Shown here: in pieces, positions 1 through 9,388 of the stretch
Position numbering within the stretch: the first letter of the stretch is position 1
Layout of the letters: each line of letters begins with the position of its first letter
Origin: Lentisphaerae bacterium GWF2_38_69
GTDB lineage: Bacteria; Verrucomicrobiota; Lentisphaeria; Victivallales; GWF2-38-69
NCBI GenBank assembly: GCA_001803205.1
Contig: MHBE01000047.1
Location: 1,308-65,307 of the forward strand
DNA: 64,000 bases
Direction: 5' to 3'
Made by a program: the position numbers and the translations under genes
The notes under the pieces: generated by a model
Told to the model about the DNA's origin: nothing
Database searches by the model: none
The model's input: only the letters and a program-made list of their open reading frames with translations

Positions 1-18
1 GAAAAAGGAAACTAAAGC

Positions 19-1164
19 ATGGCTGAGATATTAATTGAAAAACTTGAAAAAACATATCCAAGCGGGTTTAAAGCCGTACACGGAATAGACCTTAAAATCA
101 AAGACGGAGAATTCATGGTTTTTGTCGGACCTTCAGGCTGCGCAAAATCTACAGTTCTGAGAATGATAGCAGGATTGGAGGAAATCACAGGCGGCACTAT
201 TTCCATAGGCGGTAGAGTGGTTAACAATCTCGATCCAAAGGACAGAAAAATTGCCATGGTTTTCCAGAATTACGCTCTTTATCCGCATATGACTGTTTAT
301 GAAAATATGGCCTTTGGCCTTAAACTTGCCAAACTCCCTAAAAAAGAGATAGCCCAAAGGGTAAAAGCAGCAGCGGCAAAACTTGAAATAGAACATCTGC
401 TGGACAGAAAACCCAAGGATATGTCAGGAGGTCAGCGCCAGCGTGTGGCAGTAGGCAGAGCCATTGTAAGGAAACCGGATGTATTTCTTTTCGACGAACC
501 CCTTTCAAATCTTGACGCTAAACTCAGAATTTCCATGAGAGCCAGACTTGTTCAGCTTCATAGAGAGCTAAAGAAGGAAGGACAGACTGCTACGATGGTT
601 TATGTCACCCATGACCAGGTCGAGGCAATGACTATGGGCGACAGGATCACAGTACTCAAAGATGGCGTTATTCTTCAGATCGATACTCCTCTTAATCTCT
701 ACAACTCTCCACTCAATAAATTCGTCGCGGGCTTCATAGGTTCTCCTTCAATGAACTTCCAAGACGCTTTACTGGAACAATCAGAAGACAATTTCACTGT
801 TACAATAAGCGGTCACAAGTTTGCCCTTCCACATGCAAAGTCTGAAAAAATCAGAAAGCATCTGGACATAGCAGGTAAAGGTTCTCTGACTTCAGCAAAT
901 GTTGCCCTTGGAATCAGACCCGATCATATTGAAGAAAAACCAAACAATACAAACAAAGAAGGCTTCGAAGGCGAAATAACTCTCATCGAAAAGATGGGCA
1001 ATGAATCATACTGTTATTTCAAAGTAGCCGGAAATGAATATGTAGCAAGAATCAACGGTGAAGCCTCAGCTCATCTGCAGATAGGCGACAAACAGAAATT
1101 CTATATTAGAATGGATAAATGCCATATTTTTGATGCAGAAACCGAAAGGAATATAAGTTTGTAA
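19..1164 (+). CDS. ABC transporter ATP-binding subunit, MalK/UgpC/MsmX-type (carbohydrate importer ATPase)
   Basis: 381-aa ORF. Walker A GPSGCAKST, signature MSGGQRQR, Walker B VFLFDEPLS, H-loop VTHDQ, plus a ~140-aa C-terminal regulatory extension typical of MalK-type ATPases. No permease or SBP gene follows in the window. Confidence 0.9.
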   Translation: MAEILIEKLEKTYPSGFKAVHGIDLKIKDGEFMVFVGPSGCAKSTVLRMIAGLEEITGGTISIGGRVVNNLDPKDRKIAMVFQNYALYPHMTVYENMAFGLKLAKLPKKEIAQRVKAAAAKLEIEHLLDRKPKDMSGGQRQRVAVGRAIVRKPDVFLFDEPLSNLDAKLRISMRARLVQLHRELKKEGQTATMVYVTHDQVEAMTMGDRITVLKDGVILQIDTPLNLYNSPLNKFVAGFIGSPSMNFQDALLEQSEDNFTVTISGHKFALPHAKSEKIRKHLDIAGKGSLTSANVALGIRPDHIEEKPNNTNKEGFEGEITLIEKMGNESYCYFKVAGNEYVARINGEASAHLQIGDKQKFYIRMDKCHIFDAETERNISL

Positions 1165-1197
1165 ATGGAAATAAATCTTACAAAATGACCGTTTTTT

Positions 1198-2112
1198 TTA
1201 TGTTCCAAGTGCTATCAGGAGAAGTCCTATTAAGAGCAGACAAAGCCCCAGAGCCTTTGGAAGTTTAATTGCCTCCCGAAGGAATATTATGCCTAACAGT
1301 GCGCCAATAAAGATTCCCATTTGCCTGAAGGCTACTACATAACTTACATTCGCAGCAAATGTCATTGCCATCAGAATCATGCTGTACGAAAGAGTTATAC
1401 CCACTCCTGTTATAATTGCAGATAATTTGCTCTCTTTACAAACAGCTTTCAAGGAGGCTCTTTCTTCCCTGTTGCCTCTTACAAACATCCCGAGCCAAAT
1501 AAAAGTAAATAGAGTTTCAATAAAAATATACATCAGGCTTACAAAGGCAATATTTTCTGTTTTGCTGAAATGTATCTTTAGCAGTTCCATTGAATAATCA
1601 TCAATTATTGAATATCCTGTTGTTCCGACAGCTGCCAGGACAGAGAAAAGACATGAAATATTCAAATAGTTTTTGAATCTGAAATCCCTGAGATGCTGCA
1701 TCGGAAGCATTATGCAGCCGAAAGCTATTAGCAAAACCCCAAACATACTCTCATGAGAAAGAGCCTCTCTGCCTCCTGATATAACATAAACTATTAAAGC
1801 TACAAGCACTACAGGAAGAGTTCTAGCCACAGGATATGCTACGGATATTTCACCATGCTTGTAGGCCTTGGCCAATGCCGAGTAGTAGAGGCTTTGGAAT
1901 AGCCCTGTAATAGCTAATAGAATCCAGACCTGAAGAGGAATAGAAATTACAAGACGAAAAGAGTAAGCAATAAATGGCAAAAGAATAATGCAGCTTGTAC
2001 AGCTCGCGATCAGAAAAAAAGCAGCTGTAGAATTAGATTTCTTGCACAACAAATTCCACAAAGCGTGAATTATCGCCGAACATATTATAAGCAATATCGC
2101 TGTCGCTGTCAT
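1198..2112 (-). CDS. EamA/DMT-family membrane transporter
   Basis: 304-aa, ~10 hydrophobic helices in two similar halves. Size and topology are typical of drug/metabolite transporter (EamA) proteins. Confidence 0.7.
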   Translation of the reverse strand: MTATAILLIICSAIIHALWNLLCKKSNSTAAFFLIASCTSCIILLPFIAYSFRLVISIPLQVWILLAITGLFQSLYYSALAKAYKHGEISVAYPVARTLPVVLVALIVYVISGGREALSHESMFGVLLIAFGCIMLPMQHLRDFRFKNYLNISCLFSVLAAVGTTGYSIIDDYSMELLKIHFSKTENIAFVSLMYIFIETLFTFIWLGMFVRGNREERASLKAVCKESKLSAIITGVGITLSYSMILMAMTFAANVSYVVAFRQMGIFIGALLGIIFLREAIKLPKALGLCLLLIGLLLIALGT

Positions 2113-2167
2113 TTTATTAAGTTAACTTCTTGTTAATCATAATGGTTCTTACTGATTCTTGCGGGCT

Positions 2168-2953
2168 TTAAGAAGATGTGAAGTGTTTGGCAAACATACT
2201 AATAAATACAAGAATGATGATTAAGACCAGGAATAACTTGATAAATCCTGTTCCTTTCTTAATAGCAAAATGACTCCCTGCATAGTTGCCAAGCATGCTT
2301 GCAGAAACAAGGGGCAAGACAATCGAGTAAACTATCTTTCCGGCAATTATAAAAGTAACCATGGATCCGACATTCGAAGCTAGATTGAAAATCTTGGCAT
2401 TACCGGTGGCTTTAAGCAGATCCATATCCATAAAGACATAAAATCCAATCGCAAGAAAGGCTCCTGTCCCAGGACCGAAAAATCCATCATAAAAACCGGT
2501 AATCAAACATATCAGAGGAGCCTTAAAGTAAAGATCTGAGCGAGTGATTAATTCTTCTTCTACATGAGTTTTTCTTTTCTTTTTAGGGATAAGCACTGCA
2601 ACAAGCCCAACAGGAAGAAGAATCGTGATTATTTTTGTCGCCGCCGCATGATCAAAGAGCAAGATAGCTTTTGTTCCCAAAATGGATCCTATAACAGCAA
2701 AGAACAAACCTGAAAAAACAACTTTCCAGATAACCTTTTTGTTTCGAATATAATTAAACGCAGCTACGCTTGTCCCTGCGCTCATAACGAGTTTGTTTGT
2801 GCCAAGAGCGTATTGCGCAGGCAAACCAGCAAAAAGATAAGCAGGAATAGTCAGAAGCCCCCCTCCTCCTGCAATACTGTCAATAAAACACGCAATAAAT
2901 ATCACTACTGATAAAAACAGTATGCAATATAAATCAGGGACAAAAGCCTCCAT
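2168..2953 (-). CDS. TauE/SafE (TSUP) family anion exporter-like membrane protein
   Basis: 261-aa polytopic protein. It has an N-terminal GGGGLLTIP-type motif and a second GPGTGAF motif characteristic of the TauE/SafE family. Confidence 0.75.
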   Translation of the reverse strand: MEAFVPDLYCILFLSVVIFIACFIDSIAGGGGLLTIPAYLFAGLPAQYALGTNKLVMSAGTSVAAFNYIRNKKVIWKVVFSGLFFAVIGSILGTKAILLFDHAAATKIITILLPVGLVAVLIPKKKRKTHVEEELITRSDLYFKAPLICLITGFYDGFFGPGTGAFLAIGFYVFMDMDLLKATGNAKIFNLASNVGSMVTFIIAGKIVYSIVLPLVSASMLGNYAGSHFAIKKGTGFIKLFLVLIIILVFISMFAKHFTSS

Positions 2954-2971
2954 AACTCTCTACTTTTTATT

Positions 2972-4345
2972 TTAAGATTCAGTATAAACTGTTTTTATAT
3001 TTTGAAACTCTCTCATTCCGTAATACGAAAGTTCTCTGCCGAAACCGCTTTCGTTTATTCCTCCGAAAGGGAATCGCGGATCTGAACGGACAAGGTCGTT
3101 AACTACGCAGGTGCCTGCATTGAGTTTCTCTTTGGCTATGTAAATCCCTTTCTCTAAGTTTTTGGTAAAAACAGCTGCTCCCAGTCCAAAAACAGTTTGA
3201 TTAGCCAATTCTACAGCATCCTTTTCATCCTTTGCTGATATTATAGAAAATACCGGACCGAAAGTCTCTTCTTTGAATGCTTTCATATCGGCAGTTACCT
3301 TGTCAAGCACTGTTGACATGTAGAAGAATCCGTTTCCTTTAGGTATTGTTCCGCCCAGAAGACATCTGGCACCAGCCATTTTACTCTGTTCTACCTGACT
3401 TTGAAGTGCCACTCTCAAATCAGCTCTTGCCATAGGGCCGTAACTGGTTTGCTTATCCAGAGGATCACCGAATTTTATTTTCTGCAGTTTTGACATTAAC
3501 AATTCGACAAATTGTTTTTCCACTTTACGGTCAACAATAAATCTCTTGGCAGATATACAGGTCTGGCCGGAATTAAACATCCTGCTTTTTATACAGATAT
3601 CTGAAGCTTTTTCCAAATCCGCGTCTTCAAGGATTATATAAGGATCGCTTCCGCCAAGTTCGATTACGCATTTTTTCAGGCATTCTCCGGCCTTAGATGC
3701 TACAGCACGCCCTGCCCTGCAGCTGCCAGTCAAAGTAACGCCTTTGATATAAGGCGATTCTATTATTTTTGAAGCCTGTTCAACTGTCGCTAATACAGAG
3801 GAAAACACTCCATCAGGAAAAGCAGCTTCCACAAAAAGCTTCTCAATAGCAATTGAACATCCCGTTACATTCGGAGCGTGTTTAAGGACTACAGTGTTGC
3901 CTGCAAGTAGAGAGGGAATGCAGAATCTGAAAACCTGCCAGTATGGAAAATTCCACGGCATGATAGCAAAAATGGCTCCAAGAGGTTCGAAAGAGACAAA
4001 GGAGCTTCTGCATTCTGTCTTTACGATTTCCGGAGCAAGAAATTTCTCTGCATTGTCTATATAAAACGAACAGAGATTCGCGCATTTTTCTACTTCACTT
4101 ATGCCTTCTCTAATGGGCTTGCCCATCTCAAGGGCAATAAGATGAGCTAACTCTTCTTTCCTGGACAAAAGATTCCATTTCAAACGTTCCATCAGGGGAA
4201 GTTTTTCATCTAGCTTTTTATTTTTCCATTGAGTGAAAGCTGAATGAGCTAATTCTAATTTCTTATCTATTTCCCTGTCTGAAAAATATCTGTAAAGTTC
4301 CAGCTCTTCCCCATTGGAAGGATTGATAGTCTTATATTCGGTCAT
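2972..4345 (-). CDS. NAD(P)+-dependent aldehyde dehydrogenase, succinate-semialdehyde dehydrogenase-like
   Basis: 457-aa. ALDH hallmarks present: FPYWQ, VIELGGSDP (catalytic Glu region), GQTCISAKR (catalytic Cys), EETFGPV. Confidence 0.85.
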   Translation of the reverse strand: MTEYKTINPSNGEELELYRYFSDREIDKKLELAHSAFTQWKNKKLDEKLPLMERLKWNLLSRKEELAHLIALEMGKPIREGISEVEKCANLCSFYIDNAEKFLAPEIVKTECRSSFVSFEPLGAIFAIMPWNFPYWQVFRFCIPSLLAGNTVVLKHAPNVTGCSIAIEKLFVEAAFPDGVFSSVLATVEQASKIIESPYIKGVTLTGSCRAGRAVASKAGECLKKCVIELGGSDPYIILEDADLEKASDICIKSRMFNSGQTCISAKRFIVDRKVEKQFVELLMSKLQKIKFGDPLDKQTSYGPMARADLRVALQSQVEQSKMAGARCLLGGTIPKGNGFFYMSTVLDKVTADMKAFKEETFGPVFSIISAKDEKDAVELANQTVFGLGAAVFTKNLEKGIYIAKEKLNAGTCVVNDLVRSDPRFPFGGINESGFGRELSYYGMREFQNIKTVYTES

Positions 4346-4366
4346 ATATAATTTCTCCTCTTTGCC

Positions 4367-5743
4367 TCACTTAGGTTCTTCATAATTCATAAAATCTTTG
4401 TTAAATTTCATCATAAGAATAGCTGAAAAAATTATCAAGCTCATTATTATCACGGAAACAAAAATTTTATTAGCCGTAACAGCTGTCATTATTCCTGCAG
4501 ACATGAAGAAGATATTAAAAATAGAAATAGATGAACTCTGACTGACATTTATCACAAGGCTCATAATAGTGCTAGCATGGCTTGAATCTGATTTTTCTAT
4601 TCTCTGCAGAGGCATACCGTTTAAATAACCATAGAACAATGAAGCAGATGCCCCGCAGATAGTAAGGACTATGATAAAAAGCACTGAAGATTTAAAGTGA
4701 ACAAGGAAGGCAATAGCCAGGACACAACAGAATATTGAAACAGCGCTCCAATAGATAAGCTTCTGGATCTTTATATACTTATTCAAAATCGGAATCAGGA
4801 ATTTACTTGTCCATACCCCAAGACCAAAGAAGAGGATGATATTTCCTATTTGCTCGGCTTTAAAACCGTAAACTAAACTAAGGATCATCACATATACAAA
4901 GGTCATCCCGCTTAATCCCTGCCTTACTGCTATAGAAATGAGTATAGACGACCTGAATATTTTATCTTTGAAGAGTTTTGTGTTTATAATATTGAGAGGC
5001 TTCTTCTTTGAATACTTATAATAGACATAAGCTGCTCCAAAGCATAAAACAATAGCTATAAAAATTTTCACTGCTTCAATATCCCAATCAGCAATATAGT
5101 CGCAGATAAAAAGGAATGATGTAAGAGCAATAGTTATGCTAGCAAAGGCAAAGTAATCGAAACCTCCTGTCTTTTCTTCTTTGATATTTTTTAAATAAAT
5201 ATACCCTAAGACAATAACAAGCATACATATGGGAATATTAATAAGAAACACCCATTTCCAGCTGAGATGCGCTGTAATCATTCCTCCAGCAAATGGCCCT
5301 ATGGTCTGCGCAAGCAGACCTATCGTAAAGACATTTGCCATATTATTGACGATTGTTTCTTTCGAAGAATACTTTATGACAATGCTTCTTGCGACAGGAG
5401 TAAAAAATGCCGCGCTCAAGCCCTGCAGTCCTCTGAGAATTTCGAGAGTAAGCAAATTAGAACTGAACCCGCAAAGAAGAGAACTAAGACCAAAGAGCAG
5501 TGCCGCAAGAATAAAAATTATTTTTACCCCGAATTTATCGGAAAGGTAGCATCCTATGGGGATACTTATTCCATAGACAAAATTAAATACAATCGGAATA
5601 TTTCTGGTAGAAATAAGCGTGATTGAGTAATCTTTGGCAATAGCTGGAAGAGCTACATTCACGATAGTCGTATCAAGGCTTGCTATAAAATACGCAAGAG
5701 AGCATATAAAAAGTATTATTCTCTTACGGCTAAATGAAATCAT
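4367..5743 (-). CDS. MFS transporter (DHA2/EmrB-like, ~14 TM)
   Basis: 458-aa. N-terminal LDTTIVNVALP motif and GxLSDKFG-like loop are typical of DHA2 drug:H+ antiporters. Confidence 0.8.
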   Translation of the reverse strand: MISFSRKRIILFICSLAYFIASLDTTIVNVALPAIAKDYSITLISTRNIPIVFNFVYGISIPIGCYLSDKFGVKIIFILAALLFGLSSLLCGFSSNLLTLEILRGLQGLSAAFFTPVARSIVIKYSSKETIVNNMANVFTIGLLAQTIGPFAGGMITAHLSWKWVFLINIPICMLVIVLGYIYLKNIKEEKTGGFDYFAFASITIALTSFLFICDYIADWDIEAVKIFIAIVLCFGAAYVYYKYSKKKPLNIINTKLFKDKIFRSSILISIAVRQGLSGMTFVYVMILSLVYGFKAEQIGNIILFFGLGVWTSKFLIPILNKYIKIQKLIYWSAVSIFCCVLAIAFLVHFKSSVLFIIVLTICGASASLFYGYLNGMPLQRIEKSDSSHASTIMSLVINVSQSSSISIFNIFFMSAGIMTAVTANKIFVSVIIMSLIIFSAILMMKFNKDFMNYEEPK

Positions 5744-5771
5744 TGCATCACCGATTACTCTATTCCTGAAT

Positions 5772-6152
5772 TCATTTCAAAGAAAGGATTAAGGGTTTGA
5801 CTCCATCCCAAATTACAGCAATCCCTATTGCCATGATGATAAAGGCAGAGAGCCTTGTGACAACATTTGATCCTGTCGTACCTATTTTATCCATAATATA
5901 CCCTCCGAACCTGTAGCAGACAGCTACGAATAGAGACATAAGGAAAATGCCAGTTACCCCGCCGGCATACATCACAATTGAATTATGTGAAATTCCATCC
6001 GGAATCCTCAATGCCAGAGCAATAGTTATTGCTATAGCACCCGCTCCTGCGGTCAAAGGCAATGTCAAAGGGAAAAAAGGAGCCACTCCAATCGGGTTTA
6101 TCATAAGCAGCAATGACAGGAATGTCACTGTCAGCATCTCATTGAATGTCAT
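5772..6152 (-). CDS. MarC-family (UPF0056) membrane protein, short form with apparent in-frame internal deletion
   Basis: 126 aa versus ~200 aa for the family. The N-terminal motif LLLMINPIGVAPFF abuts the mid-protein motif PLTLPLTAGAGAI directly, so roughly two helices appear to be missing. Confidence 0.6.
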   Translation of the reverse strand: MTFNEMLTVTFLSLLLMINPIGVAPFFPLTLPLTAGAGAIAITIALALRIPDGISHNSIVMYAGGVTGIFLMSLFVAVCYRFGGYIMDKIGTTGSNVVTRLSAFIIMAIGIAVIWDGVKPLILSLK

Positions 6153-6283
6153 TTTATTCCAACCTCTCTATAAATTTAAAAAATCATTGTGAAATACACT
6201 AAACACCAATAGTTGCACTTACATTTATTATCCATATAATTTCTACTTAAACTTTCAAACTCCATAAAGAACCGGGAAAATTT

Positions 6284-7897
6284 ATGACTAATTTCAAATG
6301 GTGGCAAACATCGATCATATACCAGATATACCCAAGATCTTTCCAGGACTCCAATAATGACGGTATCGGAGATATCCCTGGAATCATAAAACGACTAGAT
6401 TACCTTAGAGAAATAGGCATAAAGTCTATCTGGATATCCCCTTTCTATCCGTCTCCTATGAAGGACTTTGGTTACGATATATCTGACTATAAAGGGATAC
6501 ATCCAATATTCGGAATAATGAAAGATTTCGATAGACTTCTTGATGAGGCGCACAAACGAGATATTAAAATAATAATAGATCTGGTTCCCAATCACACCTC
6601 AGACCAGCATCCATGGTTCCTTGAAAGCAGAAAATCTAAAGATAATCCTTACAGAGATTACTATATCTGGAAGGACTCAAAGAAAAATGGCAAAGAGCCA
6701 AACAACTGGCTGAGCTATTTCGGAGGCTCTGCATGGGAATGGGATAGAGAAACACAGCAGTATTACCTTCACCAATTCGTCAAAGAACAGCCCGACCTTA
6801 ACTATGCCAACCCTAAAGTTCTGAAAGAGATTTTGGATATTATAGATTTCTGGTTGGCCAAAGGCGTGGACGGCTTCAGAGTCGATGTGATCTGCAATAT
6901 GTGGAAACATCCTGATTTTCCAAACAACCCGAAAAATCCCAAATGGACTAAAAAACTGCCTCCTTTCGAAAAATATTTGATGAAATACAATGTGAACCAG
7001 CCGGAAGTTCATGCTATCGTGAGGAAAATGAGAAAGGTCCTGGATAAATATAAAGATAGAGTTCTTATAGGAGAAACATATCTGCCTTATAAAGGACTGC
7101 TTGAATTCTACGGCAATAATGACGAATGCCATCTGCCCTTCAACTTCCATCTTCTGGGAGTAAAGTGGAAGGCTCCCGCAATCAAGAAGAAGGTCAATGA
7201 CTATGAGAAAATCCTGCCTGAAAATTGCTGGCCTAGCTATGTGCTCGGAAATCATGACCAAAAAAGAATAGCCACTAAAATAGGAAGTGAAAAACAAGCT
7301 AGAATCGCAAACATGCTTCTTCTTACCCTTCGCGGCTCTCCGACAGTTTACTACGGAGAAGAAATCTGCATGAAAAATGTAAAAATCCCAAAGAGTTTGA
7401 TTCAGGATCCCCCTGCCCTCAATCAGCCGGATGTAGCTGATATTGTCGGCAGAGACCCGGAAAGAACTCCAATGCAGTGGGACGACTCGCCGAATGCAGG
7501 ATTCTCAGCAAAAGGCGTCAAGACCTGGCTGCCGCTGGCTAAAGACTATAAGACCAATAATGTCGAAATTCAGAAAACACAGAGCAATTCAATGCTTGCA
7601 TTGTTCAAATCTCTAACCAAACTGCGCTCGGAATATTCATGTCTTAATTCAGGCAAATATAAATACATACCTACAGCTCAGAAAGACATTTTCGCCTACC
7701 TCAGGTATGATAAAAACAATACAATCCTTGTCGTCCTCAACTTCAGTCAAAAATTCTTCAAGCTGGATCTTTCGAAAAAACTGCCCGAAAAGAACGGAAA
7801 ACTGCTACTGGCTTCAGACTTGGAGGAGCATCACTCAACACAACTTTCATCGCTAAACATCAAGGCGCATCTGGGCTTAATTATTGAAATTGAATAG
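6284..7897 (+). CDS. GH13 alpha-glucosidase / oligo-1,6-glucosidase family
   Basis: 537-aa. Conserved GH13 regions present: WWQTSIIYQIYPRSF, DLVPNHTS, GVDGFRVDV (nucleophile Asp), GETY (acid/base Glu), LGNHDQ. Confidence 0.9.
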   Translation: MTNFKWWQTSIIYQIYPRSFQDSNNDGIGDIPGIIKRLDYLREIGIKSIWISPFYPSPMKDFGYDISDYKGIHPIFGIMKDFDRLLDEAHKRDIKIIIDLVPNHTSDQHPWFLESRKSKDNPYRDYYIWKDSKKNGKEPNNWLSYFGGSAWEWDRETQQYYLHQFVKEQPDLNYANPKVLKEILDIIDFWLAKGVDGFRVDVICNMWKHPDFPNNPKNPKWTKKLPPFEKYLMKYNVNQPEVHAIVRKMRKVLDKYKDRVLIGETYLPYKGLLEFYGNNDECHLPFNFHLLGVKWKAPAIKKKVNDYEKILPENCWPSYVLGNHDQKRIATKIGSEKQARIANMLLLTLRGSPTVYYGEEICMKNVKIPKSLIQDPPALNQPDVADIVGRDPERTPMQWDDSPNAGFSAKGVKTWLPLAKDYKTNNVEIQKTQSNSMLALFKSLTKLRSEYSCLNSGKYKYIPTAQKDIFAYLRYDKNNTILVVLNFSQKFFKLDLSKKLPEKNGKLLLASDLEEHHSTQLSSLNIKAHLGLIIEIE

Positions 7898-8006
7898 CTT
7901 TAATCATTATGCTTGCTACCTTGCAGAGCCTTGCGGCAAGAGAATCTATTACCCAACAATAGAGCTTCACAAGCACGAGAGCCGGCCCGCCCATGGTACA
8001 AGTTTA

Positions 8007-8111
8007 TAACGCAGAAGCGTTACGGTCGATGATGTAGAGACACAAAATCTTGTGTCTCAAGGCGCCTTAGCAAGGCTTCGAAAGCGCCGAGGGACGATTG
8101 TCCCTTTTTTT
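8007..8111 (+). ncRNA. Candidate structured RNA or 3'-UTR element: four consecutive hairpins ending in an intrinsic terminator
   Basis: Hairpins: TAACGC-AGAA-GCGTTA (8007-8022), 9-bp GAGACACAA/TTGTGTCTC (8037-8058), GGCGC...GCGCC with internal stems (8061-8088), and GGGAC-GATT-GTCCC plus T7 (8091-8111). Locally GC-rich compared with its surroundings. Confidence 0.25.
8089..8111 (+). terminator. Rho-independent terminator downstream of the alpha-glucosidase gene
   Basis: GGGAC-GATT-GTCCC stem-loop immediately followed by TTTTTTT. Confidence 0.7.
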
Positions 8112-8237
8112 ATCGTCACCGAATTACTCTAATCAAGACGAATTTTAAATTTGGGGATTCATTTTCACCACTAATCTTCTCTGATGGACACTAATTTGAA
8201 TATCAATTATTTCCTCTCACTAAGATACAGAGAACGC

Positions 8238-8299
8238 AGAGCAGCGAAGCCGCAACCAAATTGTATGGTTTACCGTTGACCGTTTACCGCTGATTGCAT
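8238..8299. repeat. Repeat element, copy A (inverted relative to copy B at 12532-12600)
   Basis: The reverse complement of 8238-8280 equals 12558-12600 at 42 of 43 positions (GTCAACGGTAAACCATAC[A/T]ATTTGGTTGCGGCTTCGCTGCTCT). Weaker similarity continues to 8299. Confidence 0.85.
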
Positions 8300-9388
8300 A
8301 ACGGCTACTGCCAGAAACAATCTGAGTTAATCTGCGTAATCTGTGGCAAAAGAAAAACAATAAGTTAGCCACTGATTTCACGGATGAAGACAGGATTAAA
8401 ACTCCGGATTTCTCTGCGTTCCTCTGCGCCCTCGGTGGTAAGAAGGTTTTGGGTTTTGAGTGAAATTTCCAAACCACTGATTGACGCTAATAAAAACTGA
8501 TAAAATGCTTAGTGAGAATAAGTGCAGATAAGTGGTTTGAAGGTTATGAGTTATAAGTGGAAAAGGTATAGCTGCTCTAAGTTTTTAATGCCAGTTTTCA
8601 ATTTCCACCTACTTTTGGGGTAATAGGGAACTACAGTTTTTTTTCCGGACAGCTTTACTACCATGCCCAATAGCAAGGCGGCGATCTGTCCCTACCCATT
8701 TTTTCGAAAACCGATTCGACTAAATTATAACTGATAAACGGCTGCTATCAGAAATAATCTCACATAAAAAACAAAAAAATGACGGATAGTATTACATCGG
8801 CCAGGAATGCATCGACATGAATGACCCCTCTGAAATCTTTCAAAAATCTTTCAGAATTGAATCTTCTGCAGGTGTTTGTCTAACTCCACTTAGCGGGTTA
8901 TTCCGTACTGCGTATTTTATATACACAAAACGCTTTACATAATAGCTTGCTTTCTTGGATGAAAGCTTATCTACAACTTCCCTGCCTATTTCCTCTAAGG
9001 AACTGGCTTGCAGATTTGAATAGCAAACTAGATGCATCAAAGGTACAGGTTGTTTTGCCTTCTCAGCTTATCAGTCTTGCAATCCAGGCAAAAAATAAAG
9101 TCCAGGCTAAGGCTTTGTAACAAAATAACCTATCTAATTTGACGAGATATAGGTGTTTGAATTCAAGGCGCAAATCCTGAGCGTATTAAATATACATGAA
9201 GGATGCGGTAACGAAGAAGGCAAATACATATATCTCGTCCCAAAGGGCTAGCGTTCTTTTGGCCGCTTATCGCGTTGCTCAATCGTTACATATTTTTGAA
9301 TATGCTCCTCATTCGCACCACAATAATCAACTCAAAATCTCCGCTAGCAAATCGATAGGTTATTTTATTGCAAAGCCTAAACGCAGGG

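Noticed and set aside
8007-8022. Hairpin TAACGC-AGAA-GCGTTA as a possible group II intron domain V
   Set aside because: It lacks the AGC catalytic triad, the 2-nt bulge and the 34-nt length of domain V. No reverse transcriptase or maturase ORF is nearby.
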